Made by a program: the position numbers and the translations under genes
Assembly: GCF_026625765.1 (NCBI RefSeq)
Contig: NZ_CP113062.1
Location: 2,019,349 to 2,043,348 of the forward strand
Length of the DNA stretch: 24,000 bases
Reading direction: 5' to 3'
Source of the DNA: Frigoribacterium sp. SL97
GTDB lineage: Bacteria; Actinomycetota; Actinomycetes; Actinomycetales; Microbacteriaceae
Shown here: piece after piece, positions 1-13,090 of the stretch
Layout: each line of letters opens with the position of its first letter
Numbering within the stretch: position 1 is the first letter of the stretch
Notes under the pieces: model-generated
The model's input: only the letters and a program-made list of their open reading frames with translations
Database searches by the model: none
Told to the model about the DNA's origin: nothing

Positions 1-754
1 CGTCGTCGAGCGCGGCCTGCACGTCGGCGGGGACGTCGTGGTTCGCGTAGACGTTCTGCACGTCGTCGTCGTCGTCGAGGGCGTCGATGAGTCGGAAGAC
101 CTTGCGTGCCGTCTCGAGGTCGACCTCGATCTTGAGCCCGGGCACGAACTCGATGTCGGCCGAGTCGTAGTCGATGCCGGCGTCCTGGAGGGCCGAACGG
201 GCCGGGACCAGGTCGGAGGCCTCGGTGACGATCTCGAAGCCTTCACCACGATCGGTGACCTCTTCGGCTCCGGCGTCGAGGACGGCGGCGAGGACGTCGT
301 CTTCGGTGAGGTCGTCCGTCTTCATGACGGCGATGACGCCCTTGCGGCTGAAGTTGTAGGCCACGCTGCCGGGGTCGGCCATGGTGCCGCCGTTGCGCGA
401 CATCACCGTACGGACGTTGGCGGCCGCGCGGTTCTTGTTGTCGGTGAGGCACTCGATCAACAACGCGACGCCGTTGGGGCCGTACCCCTCGTACATGATC
501 GTCTGGTAGTCGACGCTCTCGCCGCTGAGACCGGCACCGCGCTTGACGGCCCGGTCGATGTTGTCGTTGGGGACCGAGGTCTTCTTGGCCTTCTGGACGG
601 CGTCGACCAGCGTGGGGTTGCCGGACATGTCGGCCCCGCCCTGCTTGGCCGCGACCTCGATGTTCTTGATGAGCTTGGCGAACGACTTGGCACGTCGACT
701 GTCGATGACGGCCTTCTTGTGCTTGGTCGTTGCCCACTTGGAATGCCCGGACAC
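1..754 (-). CDS. yebC: YebC/PmpR-family transcriptional regulator (C-terminus cut by window edge, only a few residues missing)
   Basis: It is absent from the ORF track because it has no stop inside the window. Hand translation of the reverse strand from GTG (752-754) gives [58 protein letters not shown]...[30 protein letters not shown]...[24 protein letters not shown]. This is the canonical YebC N-terminus and domain order. AAGGAG lies 4 nt upstream of the GTG. Track ORF 38..775(+) is its antisense shadow. Confidence 0.9.
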   Translation of the reverse strand, partial: MSGHSKWATTKHKKAVIDSRRAKSFAKLIKNIEVAAKQGGADMSGNPTLVDAVQKAKKTSVPNDNIDRAVKRGAGLSGESVDYQTIMYEGYGPNGVALLIECLTDNKNRAAANVRTVMSRNGGTMADPGSVAYNFSRKGVIAVMKTDDLTEDDVLAAVLDAGAEEVTDRGEGFEIVTEASDLVPARSALQDAGIDYDSADIEFVPGLKIEVDLETARKVFRLIDALDDDDDVQNVYANHDVPADVQAALDD

Positions 755-792
755 GGTGCTCCTTCAGACTGCTGACGTGGATCGCGACGAGT

Positions 793-1398
793 CTACCGCG
801 ACGCCCGCGCGCGGGCCTTGTCGAGGAACCGCGAGTGGAACCGCAGGTCGTCGGTGACCTCCGGGTGGAACGAGGTGCCCATCAGGAGACCTTGCTCTAC
901 GGCGACGACCCGGCCGTCCTCGAGGACGCCGATCGCCGTCGCGGCCGGCCCGACCGCGTCGACCACCGGGGCGCGGATGAAGACCGCGTGCACGGGTGGA
1001 CCGTCGAGCACGGGGACGTGGACATCGGTCTCGAACGAGTCGGTCTGGGAGCCGAACGCGTTGCGCCGGACCGAGACGTCGAGGCCCCCGATGCTCTGCT
1101 GGCCGGGGATGCCGTCGACGATGCGGTCCGCGAGCATGATGAGGCCGGCGCAGGTGCCGTAGACGGGCAACCCCGACCCGATCGCCCGTCGGAGCGGCCC
1201 GTCCAGGTCGAACGTCCGGGACAGCTTGTCCATGACGCTGGACTCGCCACCCGGGATCACCAGACCATCGATCTCGTCGAGCTCGGTGGCTCGGCGTACG
1301 GCGACGGCCTCGGCCCCCAACGAGGTCAGGACGGCCAGGTGTTCACGAAAATCGCCTTGCAGGGCCAGGACGCCGACCCGGGGCGTTCGTTCGGGCAT
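793..1398 (-). CDS. pdxT: Pyridoxal 5'-phosphate synthase, glutaminase subunit PdxT
   Basis: This is the C-terminal 201 aa of track ORF 793..1623(-). MPERTPRVGVLALQGDFREHL...LVIPGGESS...PVYGTCAGLIMLA...GTSFHPE shows the class-I amidotransferase Cys (GTCAG) and the HPE motif. I trimmed the start to the ATG at 1396-1398 because the upstream 75 aa are P/S/R-rich junk overlapping the pdxS 3' end. Confidence 0.93.
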   Translation of the reverse strand: MPERTPRVGVLALQGDFREHLAVLTSLGAEAVAVRRATELDEIDGLVIPGGESSVMDKLSRTFDLDGPLRRAIGSGLPVYGTCAGLIMLADRIVDGIPGQQSIGGLDVSVRRNAFGSQTDSFETDVHVPVLDGPPVHAVFIRAPVVDAVGPAATAIGVLEDGRVVAVEQGLLMGTSFHPEVTDDLRFHSRFLDKARARASR

Positions 1399-1420
1399 CA
1401 CCGACGATCGACCCCCGAGG

Positions 1421-2335
1421 TCACCAGCCGCGCTCGGCGAGGCGGTGCGGTGCGGGGAGGTCGGGCACGTTGATGCCGACCATCGCCTCGCCGAGACCGC
1501 GCGACGCGTCGGCCACGACCTGGGGGTCGTCGAAGAAGGTGGTGGCCTTGACGATCGCCTTGGCACGCTCGGCGGGGTTGCCCGACTTGAAGATGCCCGA
1601 ACCGACGAAGACGCCGTCGGCACCGAGCTGCATCATGAGAGCCGCGTCGGCGGGTGTCGCGACGCCGCCCGCGGTGAAGAGGACGACGGGGAGCTTGCCG
1701 GTCTCGGCGATCTCTTTCACGAGCTCGAAGGGAGCCTGCAGTTCTTTCGCGGCGACGTAGAGCTCGTCGGACTTGAGCCCACGGAGCTGGGCGATCTCTT
1801 TCGAGATCGTGCGGATGTGCTTGGTGGCCTCGGACACGTCACCGGTGCCGGCCTCGCCCTTGGAGCGGATCATGGCCGCGCCCTCGGTGATGCGACGCAG
1901 CGCCTCGCCCAGGTTGGTGGCCCCGCAGACGAAGGGGACGGTGAAGTTCCACTTGTCGATGTGGTTGACGTAGTCGGCCGGGCTCAGCACCTCGGACTCG
2001 TCGATGTAGTCCACGCCGAGGGTCTGGAGGATCTGGGCCTCGACGAAGTGGCCGATGCGGGCCTTCGCCATGACGGGGATCGAGACCGCCGCCACGATCT
2101 CGTCGATCATGTCGGGGTCGCTCATGCGGGCGACACCGCCCTGGGACCGGATGTCGGCGGGAACGCGCTCGAGGGCCATGACGGCCACGGCCCCGGCGTC
2201 TTCGGCGATCTTCGCCTGCTCGACGTTGACGACGTCCATGATGACGCCGCCCTTGAGCATCTCGGCGAGACCGCGCTTGACGCGGCTCGAACCGGTGGTG
2301 GAGGACTGGTGGGAGGCAGAGGTCGTGTCGCTCAT
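1421..2335 (-). CDS. pdxS: Pyridoxal 5'-phosphate synthase, lyase subunit PdxS
   Basis: The 304-aa product reads ...[45 protein letters not shown]...[10 protein letters not shown]...[31 protein letters not shown], the unmistakable PdxS/SNZ signature. It lies 22 nt upstream of pdxT. Confidence 0.97.
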   Translation of the reverse strand: MSDTTSASHQSSTTGSSRVKRGLAEMLKGGVIMDVVNVEQAKIAEDAGAVAVMALERVPADIRSQGGVARMSDPDMIDEIVAAVSIPVMAKARIGHFVEAQILQTLGVDYIDESEVLSPADYVNHIDKWNFTVPFVCGATNLGEALRRITEGAAMIRSKGEAGTGDVSEATKHIRTISKEIAQLRGLKSDELYVAAKELQAPFELVKEIAETGKLPVVLFTAGGVATPADAALMMQLGADGVFVGSGIFKSGNPAERAKAIVKATTFFDDPQVVADASRGLGEAMVGINVPDLPAPHRLAERGW

Positions 2336-2358
2336 GATGGCCCCTATCTTAGGCCCGA

Positions 2359-2943
2359 TCAGACCGCCGACGCCGCCGTCGGCGTCGTGCCGTCGCCGTC
2401 CCTCGGCCAGGCCTCGGAGACGGCGACGCGGACGTCGCCGAGCAGCTGCGTGACGGCCTTCGTCTGAGCGATGATCGGGAAGAAGTTCGAGTCGCCGCCG
2501 TAGCGCGGCACCACGTGTTGGTGCAGGTGGGCCGCGATGCCGGCTCCGCCGACCTGCCCCTGGTTCATGCCGATGTTGAAGCCCTGCGCGTGGGACACCT
2601 GTGTGAGGACCCGCATGGCGGTCTGGGTCAGGGACGCGATCTCGGCCACCTCGTCGGAGGTGGCGAGGTCGTAGGTGGAGACGTGCCGGTACGGGCAGAC
2701 CAGCAGGTGCCCCGGGTTGTAGGGGTAGAGGTTGAGCAACACGTAGGCGTGTTCGCCCCGGGCCACGATGAGCGCGTCGTCGTCCGACCTCGAGGGGGCG
2801 CTGCAGAACGGGCAGGAGTCGTCGTGGGCGCCCTGGCCCGCCTCGACGTAGACGGCGCGGTGCGGCGTCCAGAGTCGCTGGAACGCGTCCGGGACCGCGG
2901 CGAAGTCGGCGGAGGACTCGGCCGCAGACCCGTCGGCGACCAC
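2359..2943 (-). CDS. HIT-family protein (Ap4A phosphorylase-like / GalT-branch HIT)
   Basis: The 194-aa product carries the histidine triad [10 protein letters not shown] near the C-terminus, and CPFC sits upstream. The GTG start is 2 nt after the thrS stop. The thrS-HIT adjacency matches the conserved actinobacterial pair, which in M. tuberculosis is Rv2614c-Rv2613c as I recall. Confidence 0.85.
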   Translation of the reverse strand: MVADGSAAESSADFAAVPDAFQRLWTPHRAVYVEAGQGAHDDSCPFCSAPSRSDDDALIVARGEHAYVLLNLYPYNPGHLLVCPYRHVSTYDLATSDEVAEIASLTQTAMRVLTQVSHAQGFNIGMNQGQVGGAGIAAHLHQHVVPRYGGDSNFFPIIAQTKAVTQLLGDVRVAVSEAWPRDGDGTTPTAASAV

Positions 2944-2945
2944 GC

Positions 2946-4976
<2,031 letters not shown>

Positions 4977-5045
4977 GGCGGTGGTTCCTATCGTCGAGGG
5001 GCGGGGACCACTTTAGTCGCCGACCGACCGCCGACCGGTCGACCA

Positions 5046-5069
5046 GGGCCTCGACGGGCGACGAGGCCC
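5046..5069 (-). terminator. Hairpin after sufU (GGGCCTCG-N8-CGAGGCCC)
   Basis: An 8-bp GC stem begins 9 nt beyond the sufU stop. There is no clear U-tract, which is common in high-GC actinobacteria. It lies within the 101-nt gap before the thrS start. Confidence 0.4.
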
Positions 5070-5077
5070 GGGTCGGC

Positions 5078-8279
<3,202 letters not shown>

Positions 8280-8295
8280 GCGTCCGCGGCGGAGT

Positions 8296-8337
8296 CGACC
8301 CGCGCCTCCTGGTCCCCGATCGAGGAGGCGCGGGTCG
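8296..8337. terminator. Bidirectional hairpin between convergent genes (15-bp stem, 12-nt loop)
   Basis: CGACCCGCGCCTCCT (8296-8310) pairs perfectly with AGGAGGCGCGGGTCG (8323-8337). It sits between the stop of the MetE-like gene (8279) and the stop of the ABC ATPase (8358). Confidence 0.5.
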
Positions 8338-8357
8338 CTCGTCGCGTGGACGTCCCG

Positions 8358-9161
8358 TCAGTCGTCGAGCGGCTTGAGCACCCGTTGCAGGAACTGCTGC
8401 GTGCGGGCCTCGCGGGGGCGGGACAGCACGTCGGCGGGACGGCCCCGCTCGACGACGACGCCGGCGTCCATGAAGAGCAGCTCGTCGGCCACCCGGCGGG
8501 CGAACTCGAGCTCGTGGGTGACGACGATCATCGTCCAGCCCTCGTCGGCGAGTTCCTTCACGACGGTGAGCACGTCACCGACCAGTTCGGGGTCGAGGGC
8601 CGAGGTCGGCTCGTCGAAGAGCAGGAGTTCGGGCCGCAGGGCGAGCGCGCGCACGATGCCCACGCGCTGCTGCTGGCCGCCCGAGAGCTCGGCCGGGTAG
8701 GCGTCGGCCTTCTCGACGAGGCCGACGCGCGCGAGGAGTGCCTCGGCCTCGGCCCGCGCCTCCTTCGGATCGCGTCCCTGGACGCGCACCGGTCCCTCGA
8801 CGACGTTCTCCAGCACCGTGAGGTGCGGGAACAGGTTGAAGTGCTGGAACACCATCGACGAGCGATCGCGGAGGGCCAACAGGTCGCGCTTGCCGACCGT
8901 GGTGCCGAAGTCGATCGAGCGGCCGTCGGAGAGCGTGACGACTCCGCCGTCGGGCACCTCGAGGCTGTTGAGCGACCGCAGCACGGTCGTCTTGCCCGAG
9001 CCCGAGGGCCCGATGATGGCGACGACGCGTCCGCGGCGCACCTCGAGGTCGATGCCGCGCAGCACCTCGTTCGAGCCGAACGCCTTGTGCAGCCCCCGGA
9101 CGGTCAGCACGGGGGCACCGGTCTCGTCGGCCGGCCGGGGCGGGGTGACGTCAGCGGGCAA
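8358..9161 (-). CDS. Polar amino acid ABC transporter, ATP-binding protein
   Basis: The 267-aa product has Walker A GPSGSGKTT, the signature LSGGQQQRVGIVRAL and Walker B LLLFDEPTSALD. This is GlnQ/TcyC-like. It overlaps the permease stop by 11 nt. Confidence 0.93.
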   Translation of the reverse strand: MPADVTPPRPADETGAPVLTVRGLHKAFGSNEVLRGIDLEVRRGRVVAIIGPSGSGKTTVLRSLNSLEVPDGGVVTLSDGRSIDFGTTVGKRDLLALRDRSSMVFQHFNLFPHLTVLENVVEGPVRVQGRDPKEARAEAEALLARVGLVEKADAYPAELSGGQQQRVGIVRALALRPELLLFDEPTSALDPELVGDVLTVVKELADEGWTMIVVTHELEFARRVADELLFMDAGVVVERGRPADVLSRPREARTQQFLQRVLKPLDD

Positions 9162-9816
9162 CGTGGCGGTCCAATCTCTTCTCGAGGGCGTCCTGCCCGA
9201 ACGACAGGATCAGGCAGATCACCCAGTAGACCAGGGCGGCCTCGAGGTAGATCAGCAGGAACTGGTTCGAGACGGTGGCGATCTGCTCGGCCTGACGGAA
9301 CAACTCGACGACGAGGATGACGCTCGCCAACGAGGTGTCCTTGACCAGGCTGATGAAGGTGTTCGACAGCGGGGGCACCGAGACGCGCGCCGCCTGCGGC
9401 AGGATGATCCGCCGGAGGGCGAGCCCCCGCGACATGCCGATCGTGTGGGCGGCCTCCCACTGGCCCTTGGGCACCGAGAGGATGGCCGCGCGGATGACCT
9501 CGGCCGCGTACCCACCGACGTTCAAGGAGAACGCGATGATGGCGCTGGGCCACGGATCGAGCTTGACGCCGATCGACGGAAGGCCGTAGAAGACGACGAA
9601 GAGCTGCACGAGCAGCGGCGTGCCCCGGATGATCGAGATGTAGACCCGGGCGATGCCCGCGAGCGCCGCCTTGCCCGACAGGCGCATCAGCGCGATGACG
9701 ACGGCGATGACCAGCCCGATCGCCATCGATGCGAAGGCGAGCGGGATCGACGCGACGAGCGCCCCCGACACGATCGGCCAGAGCGACCGCCAGAAGAGGT
9801 CGAGGGAGGACTGCAC
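9151..9816 (-). CDS. Polar amino acid ABC transporter permease (His/Glu/Gln/Arg/opine family)
   Basis: The 221-aa product is hydrophobic with multiple TM segments. The EAA-loop-like block EAAHTIGMSRGLALRRIILPQA is typical of this permease family. GTG start at 9816, 2 nt after the SBP stop. Confidence 0.9.
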   Translation of the reverse strand: MQSSLDLFWRSLWPIVSGALVASIPLAFASMAIGLVIAVVIALMRLSGKAALAGIARVYISIIRGTPLLVQLFVVFYGLPSIGVKLDPWPSAIIAFSLNVGGYAAEVIRAAILSVPKGQWEAAHTIGMSRGLALRRIILPQAARVSVPPLSNTFISLVKDTSLASVILVVELFRQAEQIATVSNQFLLIYLEAALVYWVICLILSFGQDALEKRLDRHVAR

Positions 9817-9818
9817 GC

Positions 9819-10679
9819 CTACTCGCTGACGTCCTGGCCGAAATACTTCTCGCTGATGGTCGCCAGCGTGCCGTCGGCCTTGAGCTCGGCGAGGGCGTCG
9901 TCGATCGCCGACACGAGGTCGTCGCTGCCCTTCGTGGTGACCAGGGCCGAGCGCGAGACGTCGTCCGTGGTCGCCGCGATCTTGATGCCGGCGGCCTGGT
10001 CGGGGTTGGTCTTGACGTAGTCGAGGAAGGTCAGTTCGTCGTTGACGGTCGCGTCGATGCGACCCTGCTCGAGGAGCGCGACCGACTGGGCCCAGCCGTC
10101 GACGACCTGCACGTCCGCGCCCGCGTCCTTGGCGGTCGTGTAGAAGTTGCTCGACTGCGACTGGGCCGTCGTCTTGCCCTCGAGGTCGGAGAGCGAGGTG
10201 ATGTCGGTGTTGTCGGCGGCCGTGATCACGACACCGCGGCTGACCGTGTAGGGCGTCGAGAAGTCGTACGTGGCCTCACGCTCGTCGGTGATCGAGATCT
10301 GGTTGGCCACGAGGTCGAAGCGGCCGGCGGTGAGTCCGGCGAGCAGGGCGTCGAACTGCGTCTCCTCGAAGGCCGGGGTGACGCCGAGCTTCTCGGCGAC
10401 GGCCGTGGCGACGTCGACGTCGTAGCCGGTCAGCGCGCCGGCCCCGCCCTCGTGGTAGGTGAAGGGCTGGTAGGTGCCCTCGGTGCCGATGACGAGCTCG
10501 CCGGCCGCCTGGATGTCGGACAGGCTCTTCGCCGCGCTCGTGTCGGCGGTCGCGCTGCCGGTGGACTGGACGACCCCGTCGGTGGAGGCGGGCGCGCAGG
10601 CGGCCAGGGCGACGGCGGCGGCGGCGACGACGCCGACGGAGGCGAGGCGACGGACGGTGCGGACGGCGGTGATCTTCAC
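9819..10679 (-). CDS. Amino acid ABC transporter substrate-binding lipoprotein, cystine-binding (TcyA/YckK)-like
   Basis: Track ORF 9819..10820(-) trimmed to GTG at 10677-10679 with AAGGA upstream, giving 286 aa. The signal peptide has a lipobox (VALAAC). Blocks GTEGTYQPFTYH, GYDVDVA, FDLVANQISITDER..YDFSTPY and TISEKYFGQDVSE resemble Bacillus L-cystine-binding TcyA as I remember it. Ligand assignment is tentative. Confidence 0.85.
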   Translation of the reverse strand: MKITAVRTVRRLASVGVVAAAAVALAACAPASTDGVVQSTGSATADTSAAKSLSDIQAAGELVIGTEGTYQPFTYHEGGAGALTGYDVDVATAVAEKLGVTPAFEETQFDALLAGLTAGRFDLVANQISITDEREATYDFSTPYTVSRGVVITAADNTDITSLSDLEGKTTAQSQSSNFYTTAKDAGADVQVVDGWAQSVALLEQGRIDATVNDELTFLDYVKTNPDQAAGIKIAATTDDVSRSALVTTKGSDDLVSAIDDALAELKADGTLATISEKYFGQDVSE

Positions 10680-10827
10680 GAGGGTTCCTTTGCTGCGGCT
10701 CGGGGGTCGGACGAGCCTCCCGACACTAACGCCGCGGGGGCGGGCGTGATTCCCGATGACTCCGCATGACCTTGCGGCCACGGAGGCCGGGCGTCGTCGC
10801 ACACCCGTCGGCGTCGCCACGCGCCCG

Positions 10828-11574
10828 TCAGCGTCGCGCGATCGCCTCCCCCACCGAGGGGGCGCCGTCGAGCCGCACGTGCCGGTGGGCCACGTCGTCG
10901 GCCGAGACGGCGACGGTGCTCAGCGACAGCGAATGGAAGAGGCGTCCGTCGACCAGGTCGGCCCGCACGAGCGCGTCGTCGTCGTCCGTCGGCAGGGCGC
11001 TGCTCTCGCGCAGCAGGTCGAGCCACGGCGTCCAGCTGCCCTCGCCCTCGGCCCCCGTCGGCAGCGGACCGGTCGGAGGCGCGACGTCACGGAACCGGGG
11101 CAGCCAGCGGTCGACGCGCGGCACGGACCGGTCGTCGGGGGCGGCGTGCGTGAGCAGGTGCACCCCGGCGGCGAGGCGGGCCGTATCGGTGGCGGTGCCG
11201 TCCCAGACGGAGTGCACCGCGCCTCCTGCGTCCGCGGTGAGCAGGTTGAAGGTGCGGGTCGTCTGCGGCCCGTCGGGCAGGACGCCGTCGGCGGCCGCCC
11301 GGAGGGGCAGGGCACCGCGGGTGGTCCATCCGCCGGGCGGCGACGCGGGCGCCTCGTGACGGTTGAGCACGACGCTCGCCCGGCTCGGGCCCCGGGCGGT
11401 CGCCAACCAGGCCCCGCCCGCCTCGCGGTCGTGCACCCCGGTCACCCGCTCACCGAGGTCGGGCCACCAGGCGCCGGGCTCGTCCCAGGGGCGGTCGGGT
11501 GACTCGTCCCGGAGCCCGAGGAAGACGACGGGCCAGGGCGCGTCCGGCTGGACGGCGACGACGACGGTGCACAT
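10828..11574 (-). CDS. NRDE / TANGO2-family protein (DUF833, PF05742-like)
   Basis: Track ORF 10828..11910(-) trimmed to the ATG at 11572-11574 with GAGGA upstream, giving 248 aa. It begins MCTVVVA (Cys2, as in the family). Blocks FLGLRDE, GGAWLA, VVLN, RGALP and FNLLTAD line up with the AANRDEF, GGTWLGIS, AALTN, RGELV and FNLIAAD blocks of human TANGO2 as I recall them. Confidence 0.8.
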   Translation of the reverse strand: MCTVVVAVQPDAPWPVVFLGLRDESPDRPWDEPGAWWPDLGERVTGVHDREAGGAWLATARGPSRASVVLNRHEAPASPPGGWTTRGALPLRAAADGVLPDGPQTTRTFNLLTADAGGAVHSVWDGTATDTARLAAGVHLLTHAAPDDRSVPRVDRWLPRFRDVAPPTGPLPTGAEGEGSWTPWLDLLRESSALPTDDDDALVRADLVDGRLFHSLSLSTVAVSADDVAHRHVRLDGAPSVGEAIARR

Positions 11575-11704
11575 GGGGTCCTCAGGGTGGGGGCTCGTCG
11601 GGACGGGTGCCGACGCTCGACCGCGGGATGCGGCATCGTGGTGGGCAACGCTACCGACCCGGCACCGGGTCGGCCGACCGACGCATCGATCGACGAGGCC
11701 CACC

Positions 11705-13090
11705 GTGACGCACGACCACCCCCGCTCCTCCCCCGCCGACGCCCCGCGTCGCCTGTCCGTCGTCGTCGGCGTCTCGGGCGGCATCGCGGCGTACAAGGCC
11801 GTCGGGGTCGTCCGCGGCCTCGTGCTGCGGGGGCACGACGTCCACGTCGTGCCGACCGAGGCCGCCCTGCGCTTCGTCGGGGCGCCCACCTGGGAGGCCA
11901 CGAGCCGCAACCCGGTTCACACGTCCGTCTTCGACGACGTCGCGGAGGTGCGGCACGTGGCCCTGGGGCAGCGCGCCGACCTGATCGTCGTGGCCCCCGC
12001 GACCGCCCACACCCTGGCGAAGATCGCCCACGGCCTGTCCGACGACCTGCTCGGCACGACGATCCTCGCGAGCACCGCGCCGCTCGTCGTCGCGCCCGCC
12101 ATGCACACCGAGATGTGGCGGAACCCGGCGACGGTCGCGAACGTCGACCTGCTGAGGTCGCGCGGGGTGACCGTCGTCGGGCCGGACGACGGGCCGCTGA
12201 CCGGGGGCGACGTGGGGCCCGGCCGGCTGAGCGAACCCGACGAGATCGTCGCCGCGGCACTCGCCCTCGTGACCGGCCCGGGCTCCCCCGACGCCCCGCG
12301 AGCCGTCGCCCCGGGTGCTCGGGACCAGGAGGCGCGGGTCGGCGACCTGGACGGCCTCCGGTTGGTCGTCTCGGCCGGCGGCACCCGTGAGCCCCTGGAC
12401 CCCGTGCGGTTCGTCGGCAACCGGTCGAGCGGTACGCAGGGGGCGGCGCTCGCCCTCGGGGCGGCCCGCCGCGGTGCCCACGTCACCGTCGTCGCGGCCG
12501 CACTCGACGGAGCCGTGCGGCAGACGCTCGAGACGGAGGGGACGATCGACGTCGTCGAGGTCGGCACCGCCCTCGAGCTCGACGCCGCGATGGGCGAGCA
12601 CGCCCCGGCGGCGGACGTCGTGATCATGGCGGCCGCGGTGGCGGACTACCGGCCGTCGTCGGTGGCCGACGGGAAGATCCGGAAGGACGACTCGGGCGAC
12701 GAGCTGACCGTCCGTCTCGTCCGGACCCCGGACGTCCTGGCCGGGCTCGTCGCCCGTCGGGCCGTGGGGCAGGTGGTCGTCGGCTTCGCGGCCGAGACGG
12801 CCGCCGACCGGGACGAACTGCTCTCGCTCGGGCGCGCCAAGCAGCGGCGGAAGGGAGCGGACCTGCTCGTCCTCAACACGGTGGGCTGGACGACCGGCTT
12901 CGGCAGCGACGACACGGCCGTCGTCGTGATCGACGCCGACGGTGACGTGGTGTCCGAGGCCGAGGGGTCGAAGACCGCCGTGGCCGAGACGGTGCTCGAC
13001 GCCGTGGTGTCCCGTCGGGTCGCGAGTCGGGGGTCGGGTGGCAGCACTCCTCCCGTGCTCCCCGGCGCGTCGACGGGAGCGGGCGCATGA
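11705..13090 (+). CDS. coaBC: Bifunctional phosphopantothenoylcysteine decarboxylase / phosphopantothenate--cysteine ligase
   Basis: Track ORF 11363..13090 trimmed to GTG 11705 with GAGG 6 nt upstream; the start is uncertain by a few codons. CoaC half: VVVGVSGGIAAYKA...APATAHTLAKIAHGLSDDLL...APAMHTEMW. CoaB half: VSAGGTREPLDPVRFVGNRSSGTQG...MAAAVADYRP...GKIRKD. It has an unusually long P/A-rich inter-domain linker and a G/S/P-rich C-terminal tail. Confidence 0.9.
   Translation: MTHDHPRSSPADAPRRLSVVVGVSGGIAAYKAVGVVRGLVLRGHDVHVVPTEAALRFVGAPTWEATSRNPVHTSVFDDVAEVRHVALGQRADLIVVAPATAHTLAKIAHGLSDDLLGTTILASTAPLVVAPAMHTEMWRNPATVANVDLLRSRGVTVVGPDDGPLTGGDVGPGRLSEPDEIVAAALALVTGPGSPDAPRAVAPGARDQEARVGDLDGLRLVVSAGGTREPLDPVRFVGNRSSGTQGAALALGAARRGAHVTVVAAALDGAVRQTLETEGTIDVVEVGTALELDAAMGEHAPAADVVIMAAAVADYRPSSVADGKIRKDDSGDELTVRLVRTPDVLAGLVARRAVGQVVVGFAAETAADRDELLSLGRAKQRRKGADLLVLNTVGWTTGFGSDDTAVVVIDADGDVVSEAEGSKTAVAETVLDAVVSRRVASRGSGGSTPPVLPGASTGAGA

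Noticed and set aside
8296-8337. A REP-like repeat family: the hairpins at 8296-8337 and 17197-17241 share the 11-mer AGGAGGCGCGG in their arms.
   Set aside because: The longer 15-mer AGGAGGCGCGGGTCG also occurs inside the coaBC coding sequence at 12327-12341. Sharing of k-mers at this length is therefore expected by chance in this composition, and two copies are insufficient evidence.
12095-12118. CoaC motif reads PAMHTEMW rather than the PxMNxxMW form I remember from E. coli Dfp, which could suggest an inactive decarboxylase.
   Set aside because: My recollection is that His at this position is the normal actinobacterial variant, and the rest of both domains is intact. I cannot verify this without an alignment, so I do not flag it as a finding.
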